Made by a program: the position numbers and the translations under genes. Positions 51,911 through 61,676 of a stretch of 64,000 nucleotides of DNA are shown here, piece after piece. This stretch comes from Alphaproteobacteria bacterium. GTDB taxonomy: Bacteria; Pseudomonadota; Alphaproteobacteria; GCA-2731375. The notes beneath the pieces were generated by a model, which was not told the DNA's origin, ran no database searches, and saw nothing but the letters and a program-made list of their open reading frames with translations. The stretch is from assembly GCA_965225945.1 (NCBI GenBank), contig CBDDBZ010000020.1, positions 1-64,000 on the forward strand. The letters are read 5' to 3'. The first letter of the stretch is position 1; each line of letters begins with the position of its first letter.

Positions 51911-52522
51911 ATGCCCGACGCCGCCCGCGCCGAAGCCACCAAGTCGGAGGTCAGCCGCCAACGCATTCTGGATGCGGCGGCCAAGACGTTTCGCGACAAG
52001 GGCTATGTCGCGACTCGGCTGCAGGATATCGCCGAGGTCGCCGGGCTCCGCGCCGGCAGCATCTACTATCACTTCGCCTCCAAGGAGCACATCCTGGAGG
52101 CGGTGCTGGCGATCGGCATCGTGCGTCTGCGCCAGGCTCTCTCGGACGCCCTCGCAGGCCTGCCCGCCGAGGCCAGCCACCGGGACCGGATCTTCGCCGC
52201 CGCCCGGGCGCATCTCTCGACCTTGCTGGCGCAAGGCGCCTACACCTCCGCCAATATCCGGATATTCGGTCAAATTCCGGAGGAAATTCGGACCCGCCAC
52301 CGCGAGGAGCGGCGCGAATACGAACAGGACTGGCGCGTCTTGCTGCGGGCGGCGCAAGAGGCCGGTGAGATACATGGCGGGGTCGACCTGCGGCTGATGC
52401 GCCTGTTTCTCCTGGGCGGGCTCAATTGGACGATAGAGTGGTACCAGGACGGTGGCGCCACTAGCATCGACACCATCGCCGAGAGTTGTTGCCGGGGCCT
52501 GTTCGAAGGCGTCCACGGCTGA
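51911..52522 (+). CDS. TetR-family transcriptional regulator
   Basis: RILDAAAKTFRDKGY...GSIYYHFASKE; LNWTIEWY. Confidence 0.93.
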   Translation: MPDAARAEATKSEVSRQRILDAAAKTFRDKGYVATRLQDIAEVAGLRAGSIYYHFASKEHILEAVLAIGIVRLRQALSDALAGLPAEASHRDRIFAAARAHLSTLLAQGAYTSANIRIFGQIPEEIRTRHREERREYEQDWRVLLRAAQEAGEIHGGVDLRLMRLFLLGGLNWTIEWYQDGGATSIDTIAESCCRGLFEGVHG

Positions 52523-52537
52523 CGGCGCGGGGCCGCC

Positions 52538-52569
52538 CGGAACTCACGAAATCAGGCCGAGCGCCTTCA
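52538..52569. repeat. 32-bp perfect direct repeat = copy of radC 3' end (other copy 60979-61010)
   Basis: CGGAACTCACGAAATCAGGCCGAGCGCCTTCA at both positions. Confidence 0.95.
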
Positions 52570-55299
52570 TATCTCGATCACGAGGCTGGTTTTTGGTCTC
52601 GCGCAACAGATCAGAATATGGCCCGGGCCAGGCTCGTCCAGAGGCTCTTCGAAATATTCGACCTCGCCCTCGGTTAATTCGGAGATGCAGGTGTTGCAGA
52701 TGCCCGACCGGCAGCTGTAGTCGGGGTTCAGGCCCTGCCTCTCGGCCAACTCCAGGATGCTGTCGCACGTCGGGTCCCAGCCGACGGTCAGGCCCGTACG
52801 CGCGAAGGCAACTTGGATCCCGCCGACGAGTTCCGCCTCGGCTGGCGGCATCTCTCCTTGACGGGCGGGTTCGGTGTCGTCTTGCAGGATCGAGCCCGGA
52901 CCGAAGAACTCGTAATGGATTCGCGCCTCGGAGACACTCAGAGACAGCAAGCCACAATAGAGTGTCTTCATGAAAGGCGGCGGCCCACACAGATAGAAGT
53001 CGTAATCATCGAACGGAAGCAATTGTTTCAACAGCCCGATATCGACGCGCCCCGGACTGTCATAGTCGCGGCCTTCGACGTCGTCCGGGTCGGGGTCGCT
53101 ATAGCGGATATGAGCGCAAATGTTGTTATTCTCTTCGGCGATCCTTCGAACATGCTGGCCCATGGCGTGCTCGCGGCCATTGCGCACGCCATGAATAAAC
53201 CATACCGGTTGCCCGGAGCGGCTCCGAACGATCGCGTTCATCATGGCGATCATCGGGGTCAGGCCGACGCCACCGCTCAGCAGGACGATCGCCCGTTCGC
53301 TCTCCTGGTGGAGATGGAATTTGCCACGCGGTGCACCGACACGCAGCTTTGTGCCGACCTCTACCCGGTCATGGAAATAATTGGACGATAGCCCAGGTGG
53401 CAAGTCGGGTTTTTCCCGAGGGGCGGGCTCGCGCTTTATGCTGACGCGATAATATTCGGGATTGGCACACTCGGAGAGAGAGTACGTGCGGATCACCGGC
53501 TTTTCGTGGCCCGGAATGTCGAGTTCGAATGTGAGGAACTGGCCGGGTCGGAAATCGGGCAGGGCCACGCCATCCTCCGGCAACAAATAGAAGGAGGTGA
53601 TGGTCTCGCTTTCCGGCTCCTTGCGCTCGACGATGAAATTCCGGATTCCCTGTCGACCCCGGATCGATCTCTCCGCCTTGGCGAGTCTCTCCTGAAACGA
53701 GCCCTTCCAGCCGTGCGAGAGCGCCGGAATTTGTAGCGCTTGCCTGGTGGCCTCCAGATCGTCCTTGTCGAAGAACAGAAGATTGCTGACTTTGCTCACC
53801 GTCAAGCGGCGTGGATCTCTCCTGACAAGTTCGATGGCGTCGCCGGCTCCAACCTCACCCTCTTCGAGGACGCGGAGATAGAACCCGACCCTGCCGCTTT
53901 TAAGGAACCGATTCTGAAACCCATCGCTTCCCATTTTGATCGCGAGCTTGTAGCAGGGGATGCGGGGCTGGCTCACTTCGACAAGTGCGTCGCCGATGCG
54001 GAACACATCGCCGATACAAATCTCATCGTCGAGCATGCCTTCGACGGTGAAATTCTCACCGAACTGCCCGAGGGTGAAATCGCCACGCCCGAGTTCGTGC
54101 TCCCAATAGGCGTAGTTCTCGAACGGATAGGCGTAGACCGCGCGGAAGGCACCCCCATGGCCCCAAAGATCCGCCTGCCCGTCCCCTTCCAAGTTGAGTC
54201 GCCGCAGCATGATCCGGCCGTCGACGGGCGCCTTGAAGATGCCCGTCGTCACGGCTTTGTTCTCGTGTTCGATATCCCTCGGCATGGATATGTTGACGGA
54301 CAGAAGCGACATCGGCGCGTGCGCCTCGGTCCCCGGGGTCTCGCAATCCACTGATTCGAACGCGTCGAAGACGGGGGAATAGTCCTGGAACCGCCACGTC
54401 AAGGGCAAGGCCACCTCGATGTGGATGACGTCCTCGAGCTGGAACGATACCACCCGCTTGGCGCCGGGGAACCTGCAAACATGCTCGGGCTCCCAGAGGA
54501 TCGCGGCTTCCCCTGTGAGCTGAAGGCAATCTCCGGTGTCAAAATCGATGAACAGGAGGCCGCATCTCGGATCGACCTCGATGTTGCCCAGCGTGTTGAA
54601 CATGCAGTTGCCGGCGTAATCGGGGAACAGAAGCAAACTTTCATGGGCCACGATGACGAATCCGGGCCGACCGCCACGGTGCGATACGTCGACCCCGTGG
54701 CTCCAGTCCTCGCTATCCTCGGAGAATTGGCTGGCGATGAACAGGGTGTCGGAGCGGGCGATGAGGGCCGCTTCGTCTTTCGTTAGCGCGGAACCGCGAT
54801 TCACCACCCTCTTATCGCCGATGTCCATGATGTCGTCTGTGAACTGGTATTGACGAGATTGGATGTATTTCGGGCAGTTGCCAAAACTCTGCGCCACCCG
54901 GATTTCGAACGCTTCTTCGCATGCGTGCGCGATCTTTCCGTTCGCCCGATTTCGCCGGCGGGTATCGAATTCAAGCCCGAGAACCCCGATCTCGGCACCC
55001 TCGACCAGCGCCTTGGCCAACGGATCGCCGTAGATCGGCCGCGCCGTGACCACGAGCGTCCGGGGATCGATCGCACGGACGAAGCCAGGGTTCCCCGCAA
55101 GGACCGATGCCCACGGCCGACCACAGGCGTCCACCGAACCGACCACCAAGAGTGGAAGCCGCGCAAAAAACGCCTGATGCTGTTCCGGCATGTGGTCGCG
55201 AATGACCCGACTCCCCAACGCCTCCATCCTGTCTTGTATTCCGAGCCGGGCCTGGATCGTTTTCTCGCCTCGGTGAAATGGTGACGTCCCGTTCGACAT
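52567..55299 (-). CDS. Multidomain oxidoreductase: 2x PNPOx-like + MOSC/3-alpha + FAD/NAD(P)-binding + 2Fe-2S ferredoxin
   Basis: FHRGE, RRRNRANG, GNCPKYI, DVSHRGG, TLGNI; GDGQAD, FGENF, QPRIPCYKL, GFYLRVLEEG; RTYSLS, GGVGLTPM, YLCGP; CRSGICNTC...CC. Confidence 0.9.
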   Translation of the reverse strand: MSNGTSPFHRGEKTIQARLGIQDRMEALGSRVIRDHMPEQHQAFFARLPLLVVGSVDACGRPWASVLAGNPGFVRAIDPRTLVVTARPIYGDPLAKALVEGAEIGVLGLEFDTRRRNRANGKIAHACEEAFEIRVAQSFGNCPKYIQSRQYQFTDDIMDIGDKRVVNRGSALTKDEAALIARSDTLFIASQFSEDSEDWSHGVDVSHRGGRPGFVIVAHESLLLFPDYAGNCMFNTLGNIEVDPRCGLLFIDFDTGDCLQLTGEAAILWEPEHVCRFPGAKRVVSFQLEDVIHIEVALPLTWRFQDYSPVFDAFESVDCETPGTEAHAPMSLLSVNISMPRDIEHENKAVTTGIFKAPVDGRIMLRRLNLEGDGQADLWGHGGAFRAVYAYPFENYAYWEHELGRGDFTLGQFGENFTVEGMLDDEICIGDVFRIGDALVEVSQPRIPCYKLAIKMGSDGFQNRFLKSGRVGFYLRVLEEGEVGAGDAIELVRRDPRRLTVSKVSNLLFFDKDDLEATRQALQIPALSHGWKGSFQERLAKAERSIRGRQGIRNFIVERKEPESETITSFYLLPEDGVALPDFRPGQFLTFELDIPGHEKPVIRTYSLSECANPEYYRVSIKREPAPREKPDLPPGLSSNYFHDRVEVGTKLRVGAPRGKFHLHQESERAIVLLSGGVGLTPMIAMMNAIVRSRSGQPVWFIHGVRNGREHAMGQHVRRIAEENNNICAHIRYSDPDPDDVEGRDYDSPGRVDIGLLKQLLPFDDYDFYLCGPPPFMKTLYCGLLSLSVSEARIHYEFFGPGSILQDDTEPARQGEMPPAEAELVGGIQVAFARTGLTVGWDPTCDSILELAERQGLNPDYSCRSGICNTCISELTEGEVEYFEEPLDEPGPGHILICCARPKTSLVIEI

Positions 55300-55376
55300 A
55301 TCCGATCACTCCGCTTGTCCAAAAACGTTCAATCCAATCATTGCTCGCACGGGCGCCTCACGGTTCGATTTTTAGG

Positions 55377-56756
55377 CTATTCGAGGGGCTTCAGATCCCC
55401 CAGCATCGTCGGGATCAACTCGGTGACGGTGGGGTGGATATGCACGGCGCGCTGGATCACGGTGTAGGGCGCGTCGGCGTACATCACGTCGAGTAGGGAA
55501 TGGATGACCTCGTCGCCGCCGATCCCGAGGATCGCCGCCCCGAGGATCCTCTTGCTTTCGGCGTCGATCAAGACCTTCATGAAGCCCTGTGTCTCGCCGC
55601 GCTCCCGCGCGCGTCCGACGCGCGCCATCATCATCTTGCCGATCAATGCCTTGCGGCCCGACTCCCGGACCTCGCGCTCGGTCATCCCGGCGCGGCCGAG
55701 AGGCGGGTCGATGAAGAGCCCGTAGTTGGTGATCCGGTCGCTGACCCGGCGGGGATCGTCGTCGAACATGTTGGCGGCGAGAATTTCGTAATCATTGTAC
55801 GAGGTGTGGGTGAACGCCGCCCGCCCGTTCGCGTCGCCGATCGCCCAGATGCCGGTAACGTTGGTGCCAAGCTGATCGTCGACAACGATGAAGCCGCGCC
55901 CGTCGGTCTCGACGCCGGCCTTGTCGAGCCCGAGATCGTCGGTGTTGGGGCGGCGGCCGACCGCCAGCAGCAGGTGCGAGCCGACGACCTCTTCGGGGCC
56001 TGGATCGCAGCTCGCGGTTATCGCCACCTGGTCGCCGCGATTCTCCAGGCTCACGCACTCCGCGCCGAGGCGCACCTCGACGCCTTCGTTCTCCATGATC
56101 TCCTTCACCGCCTGGGAGACATCCTCGTCGTCGCGCGCGATCAGCCGGTCGCCCATCTCCACGACGGTGACGCGGCTGCCAAAGCGGCGGTACATCTGGG
56201 CGAACTCCAGCCCGATGTAGCTCCCGCCGATGATCACCAGATGCTCGGGCAGGAAGTCGACCTCCATCATGCTCGAGTTGGTCAGGTAGTCGACGGCGTT
56301 CACGCCCGGCATGTCGGGAATTCGCGCACGCGCGCCGACGTTGAGGATGATCCGCGCGGCCTCCAGCACCTCGCCGTCGACGCGGACCGAGTTGGCGCTC
56401 TCGAGGCGGCCATGGCCCTCGTACACGGTCAGGTTCTCCATGTTCTCGAGCCAATTCGTGACCCCTTCGTTGGATTGTTTGACGATGCCGTCCTTGCGTG
56501 CCTTGACCTGCTTCATATCGACCTTGATCCGCCCCTCGATGGTGACGCCGAAATCGCCGCCGCGCCGCGCCATGTGCGCGGCCCGCGCGCTTGCGACCAA
56601 AGTCTTGGTCGGGATACAGCCGACGTTGACGCAGGTGCCGCCAAATAGCTTCCGTTCGATGATCGCCACCTTCATGCCCTCTCGGGTCATCCGTTGCGCC
56701 AGCGACGGCCCCGCTTGGCCGGTGCCGATGATGATTGCATCGAATTTTTCAGCCAT
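55377..56756 (-). CDS. Pyridine nucleotide-disulfide oxidoreductase (RclA/MerA-like, no C-terminal Cys pair)
   Basis: GTGQAG, GGTCVNVGCIPTK, GGSYIGLE, HPTVTE. Confidence 0.9.
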   Translation of the reverse strand: MAEKFDAIIIGTGQAGPSLAQRMTREGMKVAIIERKLFGGTCVNVGCIPTKTLVASARAAHMARRGGDFGVTIEGRIKVDMKQVKARKDGIVKQSNEGVTNWLENMENLTVYEGHGRLESANSVRVDGEVLEAARIILNVGARARIPDMPGVNAVDYLTNSSMMEVDFLPEHLVIIGGSYIGLEFAQMYRRFGSRVTVVEMGDRLIARDDEDVSQAVKEIMENEGVEVRLGAECVSLENRGDQVAITASCDPGPEEVVGSHLLLAVGRRPNTDDLGLDKAGVETDGRGFIVVDDQLGTNVTGIWAIGDANGRAAFTHTSYNDYEILAANMFDDDPRRVSDRITNYGLFIDPPLGRAGMTEREVRESGRKALIGKMMMARVGRARERGETQGFMKVLIDAESKRILGAAILGIGGDEVIHSLLDVMYADAPYTVIQRAVHIHPTVTELIPTMLGDLKPLE

Positions 56757-56784
56757 GTCCCACCCTCCAAATACCTAAAAATCG

Positions 56785-58371
56785 GTAACTGCCCAGGTAG
56801 CTGATTTCGATGAGGCTGCGGATTGGGTCTCTGGGGGCAGATTTTGTGGGTTTGGGGCGCTGACGGCCTAGATTTCGTTTGACAGAGGGTGGTTGATCGA
56901 TTCTAAGGATTCGATGGATAGGGATGTTCTTGTCTTTTTGTCGAAAGACGAGCTGATCGATGTGGTGCTGGCCCAAGGGTCGCGGCTCGCCGAGTTCGAA
57001 CTCCGGCTTGGTGAACTCGAGCGCCGGCTTGGCCTGAACAGCGGCAAGCCACCGTCGAGCGATGGATTGAACAAGCCACCGGCGGGTAAAAAGAAGCGCA
57101 CCAGGAGCCTCCGTAAGAAATCGGCCCGCAAGCCGGGCGGGCAAAAGGGCCACAAGGGCGAGACCCTGCGCCAAGTCGCCGATCCCGACGCCACCGTCGA
57201 CCATTATCCCGAGACGTGCCAGTGGTGTGGTTCGGGATTGACGCCGGATATGGCTACCGGCCATGGGGCCCGCCAGGTTTTCGATCTACCCGAGCCCCGG
57301 CCCCTGGTGGTCACGGAGCATCGGGCGCATCGCTGCCGTTGCGGGCATTGCGGCACGTACACTCGGGCTTCTTTTCCCGTCGCCATCACCGGCCCGGTTC
57401 AATACGGCGCTCGGATCGGAGCCATGGTGGTCTACCTGTCGCACTACCAACTCCTGCCCGAGGACCGCCTGGCTGAATTGATGAAGGATCTGTTCGGGGC
57501 GGAACTGTCTCCGGCGAGCCTCGCGCGGAGGGGCGGGAACAGCGCCGAGTCCGTCCAAGGCGTCGTCGATGTGATCCGCGAACTGGTGAAATCGGCGCCG
57601 GTCAAGCACATGGACGAGACCGGCTTGCGGATCGCCGGGCGGACCCAATGGTTGCACGTCGCCTCGACCGCGCGGTTGACCTTCTATCGGGTCTCGGAGC
57701 GACGCGGCAGCCTGCTCGGCGGAGTCGGCGGCATCGTCGTCCATGACCACTGGAAGCCGTACTTTACGATGGAGGGCGTACGGCACGCGCTGTGCAACGC
57801 CCATCACCTGCGCGAGTTGCAAGCCCTGATCGAGATCGAGAAGGAGGGCTGGGCACGCAAGATGCAGAGACTATTGCGCCGCGCCTGCCACGCGGTAAAT
57901 CTCGCCCGGGAGCGGGGCGTGGCGCTGAAACCAGGCCTCGTCGAGCGCTTCCGAGGGTGTTACGACGCGATCACGGCCGAGGGCATCGCCTTTCACGAGG
58001 CACAACCTCCTCTTGCGCCCAAATCGAGCAAGGCCAAGCGCCGGGGAAGCAAGCCGCGCCGCACCGGGCACAACCTTCTCCGGCGCCTTCAGACACACAA
58101 GGAAGACGCGCTGCGCTTCCTCATCAATTTCGCCGTGCCGTTCACCAACAATCAGGCCGAGCAGGACGGGCGCATGATGAAGGTCAAGCAGAAAATCTCC
58201 GGCGGCTTCCGCAGCCAGAAAGGCGCCGAAGATTTTGCCACCGTCCGCGGCTTCATCTCGACCGCTAGAAAACAGGGCTGGAACATCATCCAGGCGCTCA
58301 TGGAAAATCCCGAAACCCTGATCGAGCGTCTCCACGCCGCCTAAAAGGCCACCATGTACCTGGGCAGTTAC
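56785..58371 (+). mobile_element. IS66-family element (single-ORF, ISBst12-like)
   Basis: 15-bp perfect TIR GTAACTGCCCAGGTA; 8-bp TSD AAAAATCG (56777-56784, 58372-58379). Confidence 0.93.
56914..58344 (+). CDS. IS66 transposase
   Basis: KPPSSDG, KPGGQKGHKG, Zn finger, MDETG, LCNAHHLREL, FTNNQAE, KISGGFRS. Confidence 0.93.
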   Translation: MDRDVLVFLSKDELIDVVLAQGSRLAEFELRLGELERRLGLNSGKPPSSDGLNKPPAGKKKRTRSLRKKSARKPGGQKGHKGETLRQVADPDATVDHYPETCQWCGSGLTPDMATGHGARQVFDLPEPRPLVVTEHRAHRCRCGHCGTYTRASFPVAITGPVQYGARIGAMVVYLSHYQLLPEDRLAELMKDLFGAELSPASLARRGGNSAESVQGVVDVIRELVKSAPVKHMDETGLRIAGRTQWLHVASTARLTFYRVSERRGSLLGGVGGIVVHDHWKPYFTMEGVRHALCNAHHLRELQALIEIEKEGWARKMQRLLRRACHAVNLARERGVALKPGLVERFRGCYDAITAEGIAFHEAQPPLAPKSSKAKRRGSKPRRTGHNLLRRLQTHKEDALRFLINFAVPFTNNQAEQDGRMMKVKQKISGGFRSQKGAEDFATVRGFISTARKQGWNIIQALMENPETLIERLHAA

Positions 58372-58397
58372 AAAAATCGTATCATTCTTGTCAGGTA

Positions 58398-59535
58398 TAC
58401 CCCGACTCCCCGCAGACCCGAAAAAGTTCTGGCAATCCGGCTGCGGATCGATTCTTCTCGCGGTCATGATTCGCGGTGGATTTCTGAGCATCGAGGAACG
58501 CGCGGCCCTGGAGGCGGTGATGGGGCATCCGAGCGAGACCCACGGGGTGGCGCGCCGCGCGAACGCCGTTCTGCTCTTGGATGACGGCTTGAGCTGCGTC
58601 GAGGTGGCGAAGGTGCTCTACCTCGACGACGACACGGTGCGGACGTGGCTGAAGCGCTACCGTGCGGGCGGCCTGGATGAAATGACGCTGTTCGACTGGC
58701 ATGGCCGGTCGGGCCATCTGAGCCGGGAGCAAGAGGCGGAGCTTTCGGCCCATCTGAGCCAACGGCTTTACCGCGATACCGGCGAGGTGGCGGCCCATAT
58801 CAAGGCGACCTACGGAGTGATCTACAGCCATTCGGGCTGCATCAAGGTGATGCATCGCCTGGGCTTCGAATACAAGCGCCCGAAAAGCCTGCCGGCTCAG
58901 GCCGATGAGGCCGAGCAGGCCGCCTTTATCGAGGCCTATGATAAGTTGCTCAACGGCTTGGCCGCCGACGAGGTGGTCTACTTCGCCGATGCGGTGCACC
59001 CGGAATTCCAGTCCCGCCCAGTCCATGGCTGGGTCAAGAAGGGCGACAAAGTGGCGTTACGCCGGACCTCGGGGCGCCAGCGCATCAATCTCCACGGCGC
59101 GCTCAACCTGGAAAACTTCCACTGCCCCTTGGTCCAGGCCGAGAGGATCAACGCCGCCTCGACGATCGCGCTGTTCGAGATGCTGGAGGCCACCAATCCC
59201 GGCAAGTCGCGGATCTATGTCTTCGCCGACAATGCCCGCTATCACCACGCCCGCCTGGTCCGACAATGGCTGGAGAGACCGGGTTGCCGCATCAAGCTCA
59301 TCTTCCAACCGTCCTACGCTCCCCACCTCAACGCCATCGAGCGATTATGGGGCGTCATGCATCGCGAGGTGACCCACAACAGCTTCTACGCCAGCTTCGC
59401 CCTCTTCACCGAAGCCATCGACGATTTCTTCCGCCGACGACTGCCACGAGAGTGGACGACGTGGCGCGACACCATCACCGACAATTTCCGAATCATCTCG
59501 CACAAGGATTTTCGGGTTCTGGGGTGAGGCGAGTA
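58398..59535 (+). mobile_element. IS630-family element
   Basis: Imperfect TIRs TACCCCGACTCCCCGCAGACCCGAAAA / TACTCGCCTCACCCCAGAACCCGAAAA flanked by duplicated TA. Confidence 0.9.
58466..59527 (+). CDS. IS630 transposase
   Basis: HTH; FADAVHP, DNARYH, YAPHLNAIERLW. Confidence 0.93.
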   Translation: MIRGGFLSIEERAALEAVMGHPSETHGVARRANAVLLLDDGLSCVEVAKVLYLDDDTVRTWLKRYRAGGLDEMTLFDWHGRSGHLSREQEAELSAHLSQRLYRDTGEVAAHIKATYGVIYSHSGCIKVMHRLGFEYKRPKSLPAQADEAEQAAFIEAYDKLLNGLAADEVVYFADAVHPEFQSRPVHGWVKKGDKVALRRTSGRQRINLHGALNLENFHCPLVQAERINAASTIALFEMLEATNPGKSRIYVFADNARYHHARLVRQWLERPGCRIKLIFQPSYAPHLNAIERLWGVMHREVTHNSFYASFALFTEAIDDFFRRRLPREWTTWRDTITDNFRIISHKDFRVLG

Positions 59536-59569
59536 TATTTGCATCTGAGTTGGCGTTTATGGCGGCAAC

Positions 59570-60792
59570 CATGGTACACGACGGCATTTACGTAGGACGT
59601 TGAAAAGGTTGTAGGATTCCCGATTCACTCCACGACGAGTCAAGAGGGAAATCATGCGAGACAACCCGATCAACGCCCTGCGTGAGACGCTACGATGCGG
59701 CTTCGCCTTTCGCAAGAGCCGTCTGGAGAGCCTTTGCGTCTTGGTCTTCGGCGTGTTCGTCGCCCGGACGGTGAACCTCTCTCACTTGGCCTGCCATTTT
59801 CCGGGGCGCGCGCGATCCAGCTCCAACTATCGGCGCCTGCAACGGTTTTTCGAGCAAGTCGATTTCGATTACGATCGCCTCGCCGAGTTCCTGGTCGCGA
59901 TGATGGGGCTCCAGGCGGGGCCGTGGCGGCTGACCATGGACCGGACCAACTGGCGGCTGGGTCGCCGCGACGTCAACATCTTGATGATCGGCATCGTCAA
60001 CCGCGCCATCGCCATTCCCGTGTGCTGGCGGGTGCTCGACAAGGCGGGCAATTCCAATACCAAGGAGCGGATCGCGATCCTCGAACACGTCCTCCGGCTC
60101 TTCGGGGTCGACAAGATCGCCAGCCTCCTGGCCGACCGGGAATTCATCGGCGACGCCTGGCTGGCATGGTTGCAGGAAAAGGCCATCCCCTTTCACATCC
60201 GCATCCGATCCAACATCAAGATCGCCAACACGCGTGGTCGCATGGTCAAGGCGAGGGAGCTGTTTCGCGACCTCAAACCCGGGGAAAGCCGCATCCTCTC
60301 CAACGCCAGGCGCCTCTCGGAGGCCAGAAAACCCAAGGCCAGGCCCGTCTTCGTCGCCGCGCTCCATCTCAAGACCGGCGAACTGTTGATCGTCGTGACC
60401 AACGACGCGCCCGAGGAGGCCTTGGCCATCTACGCCCAGCGCTGGCAAATCGAGACCCTCTTCGCCGCCTTGAAAACCCGTGGCTTCAACCTCGAAGACA
60501 CCCACATGACCGACCCGGAGCGCATCTCCAAGCTCACCGCCGTCCTTTCCATCACCTTCTGCTGGGCGCACAAAGTCGGCGATTGGCTCCACGAGGCCGA
60601 GCCGATCCGCCTCAAAACCCACAAAAGGATGGCAAAATCCATCTTCCGATACGGTTTCGAGTGGATAAGGCGACAGCTCGTCAATCCTATCGACAGGCGT
60701 CAAGCCATTGAGCTGATTCGTTTCCTCGTCCCCGGAAAACCACCAGTCCAGGTGCCCAGGCCAAAGCCAGCATGAACGAGTCGTGTACTGTG
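59570..60792 (+). mobile_element. IS4-family element (IS10-group-like)
   Basis: TIRs CATGGTACACGAC / CACAGTACACGAC; 9-bp TSD GGCGGCAAC (59561-59569, 60793-60801). Confidence 0.9.
59654..60775 (+). CDS. IS4 transposase
   Basis: MDRTNW, ADREF, YAQRWQIETLFAALK (YREK motif). Confidence 0.93.
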   Translation: MRDNPINALRETLRCGFAFRKSRLESLCVLVFGVFVARTVNLSHLACHFPGRARSSSNYRRLQRFFEQVDFDYDRLAEFLVAMMGLQAGPWRLTMDRTNWRLGRRDVNILMIGIVNRAIAIPVCWRVLDKAGNSNTKERIAILEHVLRLFGVDKIASLLADREFIGDAWLAWLQEKAIPFHIRIRSNIKIANTRGRMVKARELFRDLKPGESRILSNARRLSEARKPKARPVFVAALHLKTGELLIVVTNDAPEEALAIYAQRWQIETLFAALKTRGFNLEDTHMTDPERISKLTAVLSITFCWAHKVGDWLHEAEPIRLKTHKRMAKSIFRYGFEWIRRQLVNPIDRRQAIELIRFLVPGKPPVQVPRPKPA

Positions 60793-60886
60793 GGCGGCAA
60801 CAATGTTCACATGCATTCGGGCTGTCGAAGCTGGCCATCCGTTTTCGGCGGACGCCCGCTCTTGGCTACGAGTGACCGAATCCGCC

Positions 60887-60959
60887 ACCTCCGCCCCAAT
60901 CCGAATTATCGGTCAAATGCCGGAGGAATTTCGGACCCGCCACTGCGAGGCGCGGGGCG
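60887..60959 (+). pseudogene. Diverged 73-bp internal copy of the TetR gene (52244-52316)
   Basis: Ungapped hand alignment, about 62/73 identical. Confidence 0.85.
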
Positions 60960-60984
60960 GCTTCGGGGGCTTTCGAGTCGGAAC

Positions 60985-61667
60985 TCACGAAATCAGGCCG
61001 AGCGCCTTCAAGCTCGCGTGCTGGCCGTGGCCGACGATCACGTGGTCGTGCACCGCGATGTCCATCGCCTTCGCGCCTCGACCACCAGCTTGGTCATGTC
61101 GATATCGGCGCGGCTCGGCGTCGGATCGCCCGAGGGGTGGTTGTGTACCAGGATGATCGCGGTGGCGCCGAGCTCGAGGGCCCGCTTCACCACCTCTCGG
61201 GGATAGACCGGCGTGTGATCGACGGTGCCGCGCTGCTGCTCCTCGTCGGCGATCAGGTAATTGCGGCGATCAAGGAAGAGGACGCGGAAGCTCTCGGTGC
61301 GTTCATGGCCCATGGCGATCTGCAGATAGTCCTGCAGCGCGGTCCAGGAACTGAGGGTGGGTCGCTCCCTGAGGCGTCCCCGCGCCAGCCGACGGGCGCC
61401 GGCGTCGACCGCCTTCAGGATCGCCACCGCGCCCTCGCCGATGCCGGCGACGCGACGAAGTTGCCTGGGCGGCGCGCTGACCACGGCAGCGAAATCTCCG
61501 AACTCCGTCAATAGACGCTTGGCCAGCGGCTTCACGTCGCCCCTGGGATTGGCGCCGAAGAGCAGCAGCTCCAGCAGTTCGTAGTCCGGCAAGGCGTCCG
61601 GATCGGCGGCGAGGAAGCGCTCTCGCAACCGCCGGCGATGACCGTGATAGTGGGGTTTCTCGGCCAT
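60985..61667 (-). CDS. radC: RadC/JAB domain protein, single-base frameshift near 61075
   Basis: [32 protein letters not shown]; end [29 protein letters not shown] in the next frame. Confidence 0.9.
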
Positions 61668-61676
61668 GGCGCGGGC

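Noticed and set aside
55377-56756. Mercuric reductase MerA
   Set aside because: Lacks the C-terminal vicinal Cys pair and N-terminal HMA domain; no merR/T/P nearby
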